Counted from the stretch's first letter, positions 17,460 to 27,136 are shown. The stretch is DNA of 64,000 nt from Bacteriovoracaceae bacterium UBA4096 (GCA_002381945.1 DFXY01000004.1:24824-88823); one strand, 5' to 3'. Program-made: numbers and translations. The notes: generated by a model not told the origin, from the letters alone.

Positions 17460-18869
17460 CTAAATAAACACGACCATCAGATTCTTTTTCTTGGCCTCTT
17501 CTTGATAATCAAGAAGCAGTTCACGGACATCTACGTGGATCCTTACCAGATTCATACCATGAAAATAGATCGCTTTTCCTTCTTCCAGTTCGTTTAAAAT
17601 TTTAGCTATTTTCGCCTTATGTAGGAAAGAGACATTCTTCAAAAACTTAAAATGTACTTTGTCTTCCTCATGATCCACTTCCAAACAATTAATGGCAGGT
17701 TTTTTTAATTCAAAAAAGATGGCCAGCGCCAGTCCGGCGAAAATACCTTTTAAAAGATCCGTAGCAAGGATTGCACCTATGGTGACACAAAAGATGAGAA
17801 GTTGTGGCCAACCTCTTTTCCACATCTCAACATAAAAGACAGGTTTAGTTAATTTATAACCAACCAACAATAGTACACAGGCCAAAGTGGCCAGAGGGAT
17901 AAGATTTAAAAAATTGGGAATGAAAAGAACACAGAGTAGAATCCAACAACCATGAAAGATAGCTGAATACTTTGTCTTGGCACCGGATGCCACGTTTGCG
18001 GAAGTTCTTACGATGACCGCTGTTAATGGTAACCCTCCAAGAATTCCAGAAAGAGTATTACCGATTCCCTGTGCCAACAATTCAATATTTTTATTAGTCT
18101 TTCGTTTAAGTGGATCAATTCTATCCGCAGCATCGATACATAAAAGAGTTTCTAAAGAAGCAACAATCGCGATTGATAAAGCAATCTCCAGAACATTCCA
18201 ATTGAGGCTGAAAAAATCAGGCAACAGCAGTTTGTTAAATATTTGATCTGGTAATTGGACTAAACCTTTCGGTCCGACTAGTTGAAAGAAAGAGTTTACA
18301 AAAATTGAGGCCAAAACTGCAACTAAAGGACCTGGCACTAGTTTGGCGAGTTTATTCCCTGATGCCGCCAGCTTATCCCAACTTAACATTATCCCTAAAG
18401 ATAGAATCGAAATGAGAACAATTTCCTTCTGGATACCACTAAAGGAATAAGAACCTGGAGCAAGTCCTAAAGCATTGGGTAATTGTTTTATAATCAGTAT
18501 GAGCCCGATGGCAGCAAGCATTCCTTTTATTACTGCCGTTGGGAAATAATCCCCAATTGTTCCACCTTTCATCAATCCAAAAAGGATTTGAAAAATTCCT
18601 GCCAGAAGAACAGCAATACCGAAGTGCTCAAACCCACCTAGTTGGGTTATACCATTTGCGACTATAACCGTCAGACCAGCGGCCGGTCCTGATACACTTA
18701 TTTGAGAGTTACTAAAAAGACCAACAACAACACCGCCCAAGATTCCGGCCACAAGGCCTGAGGCCAATGGAGCTCCGGAAGCAAGTGCAATGCCTAGACA
18801 TAAAGGTAGGGCCACTAAGAAAACGACTATTGAAGATTTTAGATCGTATTGTAAATCAGGTTTCGTCAT
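17460..18869 (-). CDS. SulP family anion transporter with short STAS-like C-terminus
   Basis: 469 aa. 'LVALPLCLGIALASGAPLASGL' and 'SVSGPAAGLTVIV' are typical SulP N-terminal motifs. 9-nt gap to dabA. Confidence 0.8.
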   Translation of the reverse strand: MTKPDLQYDLKSSIVVFLVALPLCLGIALASGAPLASGLVAGILGGVVVGLFSNSQISVSGPAAGLTVIVANGITQLGGFEHFGIAVLLAGIFQILFGLMKGGTIGDYFPTAVIKGMLAAIGLILIIKQLPNALGLAPGSYSFSGIQKEIVLISILSLGIMLSWDKLAASGNKLAKLVPGPLVAVLASIFVNSFFQLVGPKGLVQLPDQIFNKLLLPDFFSLNWNVLEIALSIAIVASLETLLCIDAADRIDPLKRKTNKNIELLAQGIGNTLSGILGGLPLTAVIVRTSANVASGAKTKYSAIFHGCWILLCVLFIPNFLNLIPLATLACVLLLVGYKLTKPVFYVEMWKRGWPQLLIFCVTIGAILATDLLKGIFAGLALAIFFELKKPAINCLEVDHEEDKVHFKFLKNVSFLHKAKIAKILNELEEGKAIYFHGMNLVRIHVDVRELLLDYQEEAKKKNLMVVFI

Positions 18870-18923
18870 AGGTACTCCTATGGAAATGTTTCCACTAAAA
18901 AAGTGCTTAGAATGAAGAATGAA

Positions 18924-19280
18924 TTAAATAGTTAGTGAAGACGTGGGAGGCGGTATATCTAACAGGTGAAGTGGCATTATTCTTTGGATATAAAAAGAAT
19001 TATAGCTAAGAAGAATTAATGAAGATTTATTGGCATGAATGAGTAATGATGAAAGAAAAAATGCAGTAAAAAAACTCTCATCAAGAGAATCATCAATGGA
19101 ATATACAGTATCTGTTTCAGGGGTCTCTTCCAGCGTGTATACGCCGCTCTCCGAAAGTGAAAAACTATTTTTCTGATAGGAGATATTGAAACTAGTCAGA
19201 ATGCATAATAAAGCGACAAAGGACATAACAGTCCCTGTTATCTCCCTACAGAATGGATTCTTTCTAGTGGCAAAAGACAT
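18924..19280 (-). CDS. Doubtful small membrane/secreted ORF
   Basis: 118 aa, low complexity (Ser/Leu rich), weak RBS, one hydrophobic segment, ends in '..LLDIPPPTSSLTI'. May be non-coding leader DNA. Confidence 0.25.
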   Translation of the reverse strand: MSFATRKNPFCREITGTVMSFVALLCILTSFNISYQKNSFSLSESGVYTLEETPETDTVYSIDDSLDESFFTAFFLSSLLIHANKSSLILLSYNSFYIQRIMPLHLLDIPPPTSSLTI

Positions 19281-19558
19281 GGCCGTATTCCAATGTTATA
19301 GGACACATCATAACAAACTTTCATTGATTTTCATCAGTAATTATAAGATTTCTTAAATTAAAAAAGCTTCATCTTTTAAAGGTGGCCTTGGGAATACGAA
19401 TTGTAAAAGCCGCGCTTTATTAGCCGAGTTCTTAACAATGTCTTAGTACGCTTCGGTTAGATAATTATGATTAATGTTCTCAATCAAGTATTTAATCTTA
19501 AGAAAGCTTTAAGCGTTAAGTTTCTCATTCCTTTATTACTATATGTAGTGAGGAAAAA

Positions 19559-19933
19559 ATGATGGATCAATCAAAAGCCAAAATCCTTATCGTTGATGAT
19601 CAAATTGATTTAACAATGCTTATCAAAGAAGAACTTGAAGAAAAAAATTATCAAGTCTTAACCGCAGGCAATGGACAGGAAGCTTTGGATATCATTGCTC
19701 ATGAAGGTCTCCCTCAGCTCATTCTGCTCGATATGAATATGCCCGTGATGAATGGCTGGACTTTTTCTCAAAAGTTCACTGACATTTATGGTCGCGCCTG
19801 CCCGATAGTCATCATGACTGCAGCAGATGATTCACCTACCAGGGCGATGGAAATTGGAGCTGATTCGTATTTAGGAAAACCTTTTGAATTTGAGACATTG
19901 AATAAAACAGTGGAAAGCATGCTACCCCAATAA
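19559..19933 (+). CDS. Stand-alone response regulator receiver (CheY-like)
   Basis: 124 aa. 'ILIVDDQ', phospho-acceptor context 'LILLDMNMP', 'IMTA', 'YLGKPF'. RBS GAGGAAAA. Confidence 0.85.
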   Translation: MMDQSKAKILIVDDQIDLTMLIKEELEEKNYQVLTAGNGQEALDIIAHEGLPQLILLDMNMPVMNGWTFSQKFTDIYGRACPIVIMTAADDSPTRAMEIGADSYLGKPFEFETLNKTVESMLPQ

Positions 19934-19943
19934 AGGCATAATA

Positions 19944-21731
19944 ATGGATAAACTAAAGAATGATTACAAGATGGGACTTATTGGAAATTGTAATTATTCG
20001 GCCTTAATTAATAGTGAAGCAAGTATCGTTTGGATGTGCTGGCCCCATTTTGATGATAATTCAATCTTCGGGGCTTTGTTGGATGAAAATGAAGGCGGAG
20101 AATTTTCTATCATTCCTAAAGGTGAATCGAACCATTTTGAACAAACCTATGTTGAGAATACAAATGTTTTGCAAACAGATGTCACATGCGGTGACTGTAT
20201 GTTTCGCATTACGGATTTTGCTCCCAGATTTGAGCAACATGATCGTTTTAATAAACCTCTCATGCTAATGAGAAAAATTGAACCTCTGAGAGGCACTCCT
20301 CAAATTAAAGTCATCTGCTCTCCCAGGGGTGATTACGGTAAACGAAAACCAACTGTACATTTTGGGAGTAATCATGTTCATTACAGCGGAATTGGCGAAC
20401 CCATCAGATTAACCAGTGACATTCCTCTCAGCTATATTGAAAAAGAAAAATTCTTTGTACTCGATGAAGTCAAATACCTGGTATTAACCTGGGGTATGTC
20501 CTTTGACGATCCCATTAAAATTACCGTGGAATCTTACCTTTATCGGACCATTAATTACTGGCAACGATGGGCCAGCCAATGTTCCATCAGTCGTCTTTAT
20601 CAAAAGCCAGTACTAAGGTCAGCTCTGGCGCTTAAGCTTCATCAATATGAAGACACGGGGGCCATCATTGCATCAACTACCGCAAGTTTACCAGAGTCAC
20701 CAGGCTCCGGTCGAACATGGGATTACCGCTACTGTTGGTTAAGAGATACTTACTATACTCTCAATGCCCTCAATCGCATGAGTCGTTTTGATGAAATGAA
20801 AAAATTTGCTCAATATATTATCAATATTGCGGAAGAGGAAGTCGGCCGTTTCTCTCCGGTTTATACTATTTCCGGAGATCCTGTTCCACCTGAAATCATC
20901 GTGGACCTTAAAGGTTACCGAGGTAACGGTCCAGTGCGAATTGGCAATCTGGCTTCCCGACAAATTCAAAACGATATTTATGGACAAGTTTTATTGGCGC
21001 AGTTTCCTCTGTATGTTGATGAGAGATTTCCCGGTCATCTGGGACCTTCTTCTTATAATCTTGTCCGTAAAACTTTAGGTTATATAGATAAGAGAATGAA
21101 TGAGCCTGATGCAACTCTCTGGGAGTATCGGAACATGCAGGAAAGACATTGTTACACTTATCTCTTTCACTGGGCAGGAAGTAAGGCGGCCGCCAAGATC
21201 GCAGAGAAATTAGGTGATAAGGACCTCTACTACATGGCCATGGCGTTGTCCTCGCGCTCACGAAATTATATTGAGTCCTGTTATGATCCTAAATTAGGAA
21301 CCTATCTTCCCTCCCAGGGAAATCATTATGCAGATGCTAGCCTGCTTCATTTGATAACCTTGGGTTTTCTGGCCCCGAGAAGCCAGCGAGCAAAAAAACA
21401 TCTTGAGTTCATTGAAAAGGCCCTCCTGACTCCCGGAGGCAGCATGTATCGGTATGATCGCCCTGATGATTTTGGACGTCCTGAAGTGACCTTTGCCGTT
21501 TGTACTTTCTGGTATGTGGAGGCCCTGGCCTGTTCAGGATACATTGATGAAGCATTTAGAATTTTTGAAAAGATGCTGGATTATTCAAACCATTTAGGTC
21601 TTTTCAGCGAAGATATTCATGAGGCTACCAAAAGCCCTTGGGGTAACTTTCCACAGACTTATACCCATGTGGGCCTGATCAATGCAGCTTTCAAACTCTC
21701 TCAAACCTTTGATTATCCTGAGTTTTTCTAA
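19944..21731 (+). CDS. Glycoside hydrolase family 15 (glucoamylase/trehalase-like)
   Basis: 595 aa. N-terminal beta-sandwich plus an (alpha/alpha)6 domain with 'WDYRYCWLRDTYYT' and 'WEYR'. Starts 10 nt after the receiver gene. Confidence 0.75.
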   Translation: MDKLKNDYKMGLIGNCNYSALINSEASIVWMCWPHFDDNSIFGALLDENEGGEFSIIPKGESNHFEQTYVENTNVLQTDVTCGDCMFRITDFAPRFEQHDRFNKPLMLMRKIEPLRGTPQIKVICSPRGDYGKRKPTVHFGSNHVHYSGIGEPIRLTSDIPLSYIEKEKFFVLDEVKYLVLTWGMSFDDPIKITVESYLYRTINYWQRWASQCSISRLYQKPVLRSALALKLHQYEDTGAIIASTTASLPESPGSGRTWDYRYCWLRDTYYTLNALNRMSRFDEMKKFAQYIINIAEEEVGRFSPVYTISGDPVPPEIIVDLKGYRGNGPVRIGNLASRQIQNDIYGQVLLAQFPLYVDERFPGHLGPSSYNLVRKTLGYIDKRMNEPDATLWEYRNMQERHCYTYLFHWAGSKAAAKIAEKLGDKDLYYMAMALSSRSRNYIESCYDPKLGTYLPSQGNHYADASLLHLITLGFLAPRSQRAKKHLEFIEKALLTPGGSMYRYDRPDDFGRPEVTFAVCTFWYVEALACSGYIDEAFRIFEKMLDYSNHLGLFSEDIHEATKSPWGNFPQTYTHVGLINAAFKLSQTFDYPEFF

Positions 21732-21732
21732 G

Positions 21733-21751
21733 CGATAGATAATCTCTATCG
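21733..21751 (+). promoter_or_regulatory. Dyad CGATAGA-N5-TCTATCG containing ATAG-N7-CTAT (OxyR/LysR-like half site, or a weak terminator)
   Basis: Perfect 7-bp inverted repeat 2 nt after the GH15 stop and 89 nt upstream of ahpC. ATAG (21735-21738) and CTAT (21746-21749). Confidence 0.25.
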
Positions 21752-21839
21752 GATCATCGAAATCAAATATTGGATGAAAAATGCCAGATGCACGAAGATG
21801 CATGAGTGAACATTTTCCAATAAATCGAAGGAGGATCGA

Positions 21840-22406
21840 ATGAACACATTGATCAATACTAAAGTTCCCGCTTTTAAGGCCCAAGCTTATCACAATTCCG
21901 ATTTCAAAACAGTTACCAATAAAGATCTGGAAGGGAAATGGGCCATCTTCTTTTTCTATCCGGCCGACTTTACATTCGTCTGCCCAACAGAATTGGTAGA
22001 CATGGCCGAGAAATACGAAGAGTTCAAAAAGATGGGAGTTGAAGTTTATTCAGTCAGTACTGATACTCATTTCTCCCATAAGGCCTGGCATGACACCTCT
22101 GAATCAATCAAAAAAATTAACTATCCAATGCTAGCAGATCCAACAGGTGCTCTTTCACGGGCCTTAGGTGTCTACATTGAAGAAGAAGGTCTAGCTTATC
22201 GCGGAACATTCCTGGTAGATCCGGATGGTTTAATCAAACTCTCCGAAGTGCAAGACAATGGAATAGGCCGTAATGCTGAAGAACTGATGAGAAAAGTTAA
22301 GGCCGCTCAGTTTATCCGTAATCACCCAAATGAAGTGTGTCCGGCAAAATGGAAACCAGGTGCTGAAACTCTTAAACCTGGTCTGGATCTCGTTGGTAAA
22401 ATCTAA
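21840..22406 (+). CDS. ahpC: Alkyl hydroperoxide reductase subunit C (2-Cys peroxiredoxin)
   Basis: 188 aa. Peroxidatic 'FTFVCPTEL' and resolving 'EVCPAKW'. RBS GAAGGAGG. Confidence 0.95.
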   Translation: MNTLINTKVPAFKAQAYHNSDFKTVTNKDLEGKWAIFFFYPADFTFVCPTELVDMAEKYEEFKKMGVEVYSVSTDTHFSHKAWHDTSESIKKINYPMLADPTGALSRALGVYIEEEGLAYRGTFLVDPDGLIKLSEVQDNGIGRNAEELMRKVKAAQFIRNHPNEVCPAKWKPGAETLKPGLDLVGKI

Positions 22407-22428
22407 GTAGCTCTCTAGTGAGGTAATT

Positions 22429-23982
22429 ATGTTAGACAGTAATATTTTAGAACAACTTAAAAGTGTGTATAAAGCTCTCGAAAACGAAGTCACCCTGGTT
22501 CTTGCCCGGTCTAATCACGAGAAACAAGATGAACTCGTGGAACTAGTAAGAGGTATAGCTTCCACTTCGGAAAAGATTAAGCTTTTTGAGTCGGATATCA
22601 GTTCACCGATTCCGAATCTTTCTCTTGAATATAAAGGGAAGGCCACCGGCATCACTTTTTCGGGAGTTCCTGGCGGACATGAATTTACCTCACTTATCCT
22701 TGCTATTCTGAATGCAGACGGAAAAGGCAAGTTGCCTGATGAATCAATCCTGAGTCGTGTAAAACGACTTAAGGGTTCGATAGATCTTAAAACCTATATT
22801 TCTTTAAGCTGTGAAAATTGTCCTGAAGTCGTTCAGGCCTTAAACATCATGGCCCTTCATCATCCTGACTTCAAACACACAATGATTGACGGTGGACTAG
22901 TTCAGGATGAAGTCCAGGAGCTAGGCATCCAGGGTGTTCCAAGTGTTGTAAGTGGAAACAAGCTTATCAGCTCAGGAAAGATTGGACTCGTTGATCTCAT
23001 TGCAAAACTTGAAAAAGAATTTGGAATAGATGAAAAGGCCCAATCCCAACCCACAAACCTGGATCTTGGACAGTTTGATGTAGTGGTGGTTGGAGCTGGC
23101 CCCGGAGGCGCTTCGGCCGCCATCTACTCTGCCCGCAAAGGTTTAAAAACGGCCATCATTGCAGAAAAGATTGGTGGTCAGGTTCAGGATACCAAAGGTA
23201 TCGAAAACCTCATTTCAGTTAAATATACCGAGGGTCCCCAACTTGCCGCTCAATTGGCCGCTCACTTAAGTGATTATCCCATAAAGTTCTTAGAGCACCG
23301 CCGGGTTAAGTCAGTTGGAAATGGTGATCTTAAAAAGATTGAGCTCGAAAGTGGAGAATACCTCGAAACGAAATCCCTGATTGTAGCGACAGGTGCCAAA
23401 TGGAGAGAGTTGGGAATTCCAGGAGAAAAAGAATACCTCGGTCGCGGAGTTGCCTTTTGTCCCCATTGTGACGGCCCTTATTTTAAAGGGAAAGATATCG
23501 CTGTGATTGGAGGAGGAAATTCAGGCGTAGAAGCTGCCATTGACCTCGCTGGCATAGTTAAATCCGTAACAGTATTTGAATTCATGCCAACTCTTAAGGC
23601 CGATAAAGTACTGGTAGATAAATTAGAATCCCTAACTAATGTTACCGTTCTAAAAAATGCCCGTACTAACCGAGTCATTGGGGATAATGGTAAAGTTGTG
23701 GCATTGGAATACGAAGACCGAAACACCGGTGAACTAACAAGCCTGGAATTAGAAGGTATTTTCGTCCAAATCGGTCTGGTACCTAACTCGGCCTTCATTA
23801 AAGACGTCGTAGGAACCAATAAGTCTGGAGAAATCATCATCGATGAAAAATGTCGAACCAATGTGGCCGGAATTTATGCTGCGGGTGATGTAACAACCGT
23901 GCCTTATAAGCAAATTATCATCGCTATGGGGGAAGGTGCCAAGGCCGGGCTGGCCTCATTTGAAGATATTATGCTTAAGTAA
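22429..23982 (+). CDS. ahpF: Alkyl hydroperoxide reductase subunit F
   Basis: 517 aa. N-terminal 'CENCP' redox centre, FAD 'VVGAGPGGASAA', 'CPHCDG' disulfide and NADH 'GGGNSGVEAA'. Confidence 0.95.
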   Translation: MLDSNILEQLKSVYKALENEVTLVLARSNHEKQDELVELVRGIASTSEKIKLFESDISSPIPNLSLEYKGKATGITFSGVPGGHEFTSLILAILNADGKGKLPDESILSRVKRLKGSIDLKTYISLSCENCPEVVQALNIMALHHPDFKHTMIDGGLVQDEVQELGIQGVPSVVSGNKLISSGKIGLVDLIAKLEKEFGIDEKAQSQPTNLDLGQFDVVVVGAGPGGASAAIYSARKGLKTAIIAEKIGGQVQDTKGIENLISVKYTEGPQLAAQLAAHLSDYPIKFLEHRRVKSVGNGDLKKIELESGEYLETKSLIVATGAKWRELGIPGEKEYLGRGVAFCPHCDGPYFKGKDIAVIGGGNSGVEAAIDLAGIVKSVTVFEFMPTLKADKVLVDKLESLTNVTVLKNARTNRVIGDNGKVVALEYEDRNTGELTSLELEGIFVQIGLVPNSAFIKDVVGTNKSGEIIIDEKCRTNVAGIYAAGDVTTVPYKQIIIAMGEGAKAGLASFEDIMLK

Positions 23983-24048
23983 AAGTTCCCTGGTGGTGAA
24001 AATGGGCGATTTTTGCTAGACTGTGAAAAATTGGAATGGAGAAAACCA

Positions 24049-24435
24049 GTGAAAAGCTTAAAAGAACAACTGCTTCAGGCCGGCCTTAAACCTACTCAAA
24101 CGCCCAAGGCCCCAAATGAAAGAGAGCAGATTAAAAAGAAACAAGTAACTGAAGCAATTATTCATCAGGAACAACGTAACTTCTGCGAAGAATGTCAGCA
24201 GGTGCGCCCTGACGTTGAGCTATATTATCATCATAATCCAACCACCGAAGCAGAATGGATTTGCGTTAAGTGCGCAGATCAGCTAAAAATTGCCGACAGT
24301 TGCCGCCAGACTGCCCAAAGTGACACATCTATCAAAAAAATGTTTCGCAGAGAGCATGGTGCAACCAGAAGCCCTTCTGAGATCAAAGTTCAAAAGAGTG
24401 ATAAACCTCGGGGCCCAGTTAACGGTAATCGTTAA
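24049..24435 (+). CDS. Hypothetical basic protein with CxxC...CxxC zinc-ribbon-like motif
   Basis: GTG at 24049 with a GGAGAA RBS is preferred over the listed TTG at 24013. The N-terminus 'KSLKEQLLQAGL' resembles DUF2058 (YaiL-like) starts from memory. 'CEECQ' and 'CVKC' are present. Confidence 0.45.
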   Translation: MKSLKEQLLQAGLKPTQTPKAPNEREQIKKKQVTEAIIHQEQRNFCEECQQVRPDVELYYHHNPTTEAEWICVKCADQLKIADSCRQTAQSDTSIKKMFRREHGATRSPSEIKVQKSDKPRGPVNGNR

Positions 24436-24533
24436 CTGGTCTTCGACTCAATCCTTAAAAAGCCGGACTTAACTTTCTAAATTCATCAGTGATATAGACA
24501 ATGCTCTTTGAAGATCAACTTGAGGAGTATTTT

Positions 24534-25004
24534 ATGAAAACACTGATTCTCGCCTTTTTGGTCCTTAGTGTATCAATCGTTCACGCGGCAGAAGTTACTG
24601 TTCTGGAAGCCGAGGTTCCCAGACTTGAGTCTTTTAATACGATGGTGGACTCCCGCTTTCAAATGAATCAAAGTACTGGTGAAGGCTTTGTCCGGGTCAC
24701 AGTCACTGAAAATCGCCCACATTGGGGCGGAGGTCACTACGATCAGTGGGGTCGACATTTCCCTCACCGGACAGAAATTCCTGTGTTAGTTTTTCAAGAC
24801 ACGGTTAAAGTTGATGGTCTTATGCTCATGAATGATGAAGTAGTTTACCATGGAGCTGAGGGTGATGTGGTTTGTGGGAAAATGGGTTTAAGCCGTATTT
24901 TCAAAAGACCTACGATCTACTTAAATGGTAACTGCAAGCTTACCGGACGTCTCTCTGGTCCTTCATACCATAAGAAAGTGATTGTTACTCTTAAAACCAA
25001 ATAA
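24534..25004 (+). CDS. Secreted hypothetical protein
   Basis: ATG at 24534 with a GAGGAG RBS. Signal peptide MKTLILAFLVLSVSIVHA. About 156 aa with 2 Cys. Confidence 0.55.
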   Translation: MKTLILAFLVLSVSIVHAAEVTVLEAEVPRLESFNTMVDSRFQMNQSTGEGFVRVTVTENRPHWGGGHYDQWGRHFPHRTEIPVLVFQDTVKVDGLMLMNDEVVYHGAEGDVVCGKMGLSRIFKRPTIYLNGNCKLTGRLSGPSYHKKVIVTLKTK

Positions 25005-25011
25005 GAAAAAC

Positions 25012-25031
25012 AGGCCACCTTAGGGTGGCCT
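25012..25031 (+). terminator. Rho-independent terminator
   Basis: AGGCCACC-TTAG-GGTGGCCT followed by TTTAAAATT. Confidence 0.7.
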
Positions 25032-25041
25032 TTAAAATTAT

Positions 25042-25962
25042 ATGGAAAAAGAAGTCATCTCGGTTCAATCCCTGAATAAAACCTATGCTTCAGGTTTTAG
25101 GGCCCTCAATGATATTCATCTTAACATCAACAAGGGCGAGATCTTCGCCCTATTGGGTCCAAACGGGGCAGGGAAAACCACCTTAATCAATATCATCTGT
25201 GGAATTGTTAACGCGACTTCAGGCAATGTGAAGGCCTTCGGATATGATATAAAAAAAGAATATCGTTCTGCCCGTTCTTTAATTGGTTTAGTTCCCCAGG
25301 AACTTACAACAGACATGTTTGAAAAAGTCTGGGATACCGTTAAGTTCAGTCGCAACCTTTTTGGGAAACCAAATGACGATGCACTTATTGAAAAAATTCT
25401 TAAAGATCTCTCTCTCTGGGATAAACGAAACAGTCGAATCATGACTCTCTCTGGTGGCATGAAACGCAGAGTAATGATGGCCAAGGCCCTCTCTCATCAA
25501 CCTGATATTCTTTTTCTGGATGAACCCTCTGCCGGAGTGGATGTAGAGCTTAGAAGAGATATGTGGAACTTGGTACGGCAATTACGGAAAACCGGAGTGA
25601 CTATTATCCTTACCACTCATTACATAGAAGAAGCACAGGAAATGGCAGACCGAATTGGTGTAATCAATGAAGGGAAAATCATTTTAGTAGAAGAAAAAAC
25701 CAAACTCATGAAAAAGCTCGGAAAACGTCAGCTCATCCTGACTCTGCAAAGACCCCTTCACATTGATTTGGAAGACGCGCCCTTGAATATTTCAGAAGAT
25801 CGTCTGGAACTAACTTATTCCTTTGATTCTAGTGCCGAGGAAACCGGAATCGCTCCCTTATTAAAACGTTTAAATGATCAGGGTATTGAATTAAAAGATC
25901 TCAGAACCAAAGAAAGTTCGCTGGAAGAAATTTTCGTTAAGCTTGTGGGAAGACACTCATGA
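25042..25962 (+). CDS. ABC transporter ATP-binding protein (ABC-2 exporter type)
   Basis: 306 aa. Walker A 'GPNGAGKTT', signature 'LSGGMKRR', Walker B 'ILFLDEP'. Confidence 0.9.
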   Translation: MEKEVISVQSLNKTYASGFRALNDIHLNINKGEIFALLGPNGAGKTTLINIICGIVNATSGNVKAFGYDIKKEYRSARSLIGLVPQELTTDMFEKVWDTVKFSRNLFGKPNDDALIEKILKDLSLWDKRNSRIMTLSGGMKRRVMMAKALSHQPDILFLDEPSAGVDVELRRDMWNLVRQLRKTGVTIILTTHYIEEAQEMADRIGVINEGKIILVEEKTKLMKKLGKRQLILTLQRPLHIDLEDAPLNISEDRLELTYSFDSSAEETGIAPLLKRLNDQGIELKDLRTKESSLEEIFVKLVGRHS

Positions 25963-26720
25963 ATATTTATAGCGTTCGTGCGCTTTATTTTTATGAAATG
26001 GCCCGGTTTTTCCGAACGCTTTTTCAAAGTATTGCCTCTCCGGTTATTTCGACCTCTCTGTATTTTATTGTATTTGGCTCGGCAGTGGCTTCACGGATGG
26101 GTGAGATTGATGGCATCTCTTACGGCGCCTTCATTGTTCCCGGTCTGGTCATGCTCTCCATTTTGACTGAAAGTATTTCAAATGCTTCATTTGGCATTTA
26201 TATGCCACGTTTTTCGGGGACCATTTATGAAATACTTTCCGCTCCCATATCGGCCTTTGAAACCGTGCTAGGTTATGTTGGTGCGGCCGCTACCAAGTCT
26301 GTTCTTTTGGGAGCAGTCATCCTTTTAACAGCAAGACTTTTTGTAGACTATCGCATCGAGCATCCTGTTTGGATGATATCATTCCTGGTCCTGACTTCGG
26401 TGACTTTCTCTCTTCTGGGTTTTATCATCGGCGTTTGGGCCGACGGTTTTGAAAAACTACAAGTGGTTCCGCTGTTAATCATTACACCACTGACTTTTTT
26501 GGGCGGAAGTTTTTATTCCATTCACATGCTTCCCCCTTTCTGGAGGAAAGTGACTCTTTTCAATCCAGTTGTATATTTAGTAAGTGGATTTCGCTGGAGT
26601 TTTTACGGAGTCTCGGATGTGGGGGTAGAGCACAGTCTCGCTATGACCGCACTCTTCCTTTTCATTTGCTTAGTTGTGGTATGGATGATTTTCAAGACAG
26701 GCCATAAAATTAAATCCTAA
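25959..26720 (+). CDS. ABC-2 type transporter permease
   Basis: 253 aa with 6 TM helices. 4-nt overlap with the ATPase gene. YadH-like layout. Confidence 0.8.
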   Translation: MNIYSVRALYFYEMARFFRTLFQSIASPVISTSLYFIVFGSAVASRMGEIDGISYGAFIVPGLVMLSILTESISNASFGIYMPRFSGTIYEILSAPISAFETVLGYVGAAATKSVLLGAVILLTARLFVDYRIEHPVWMISFLVLTSVTFSLLGFIIGVWADGFEKLQVVPLLIITPLTFLGGSFYSIHMLPPFWRKVTLFNPVVYLVSGFRWSFYGVSDVGVEHSLAMTALFLFICLVVVWMIFKTGHKIKS

Positions 26721-27136
26721 TCATTCATTGCATCCACCAAAGGGTAAAAGTCCCTATTTTCTCTGCCAATCCTTTCTCCTAAAACCTTAAACAATTCTTT
26801 GGTTTCATAAATAAAATCATCTGGATTATTTTTAATAATTTTAACAGAGTGATATTTATCCAAATATCCTTCGAGCACGCCTTGAATTCCACTCATCTCA
26901 TCCATGAATTGTTTTGCAGTTGTACTAACAGTAGAGTTAGTGCTGGCCAGAAGCGAAGGATAGAGGGCCCTATCCTCAAAGGCCAGGTGAATTCTGACAG
27001 CACCGGCAAGTATTGTTAAAAGCTTTCTAATAACGGCAGGGTTTGATTGCACTTCTTCGACTGTAAGATATTTTTGTATGTTGCCCACGACATTAAGTAA
27101 TTCATCATGATGCTTGCGATAACGATCAGTTTTCAT
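26717..27136 (-). CDS. Hemerythrin-like (HHE) domain protein
   Basis: 139 aa, helical. 'YRKHHDELL', '[15 protein letters not shown]' and '[14 protein letters not shown]' give the H/HxxxE/E-rich pattern of hemerythrin-like cation-binding domains. Confidence 0.5.
   Translation of the reverse strand: MKTDRYRKHHDELLNVVGNIQKYLTVEEVQSNPAVIRKLLTILAGAVRIHLAFEDRALYPSLLASTNSTVSTTAKQFMDEMSGIQGVLEGYLDKYHSVKIIKNNPDDFIYETKELFKVLGERIGRENRDFYPLVDAMND

Noticed and set aside
22515-23861. Antisense ORFs inside ahpF (22515-22730, 22902-23123, 23478-23861).
   Set aside because: They are shadow ORFs opposite a strongly supported gene. The Ser/Pro/Thr-rich translations are typical of antisense frames.
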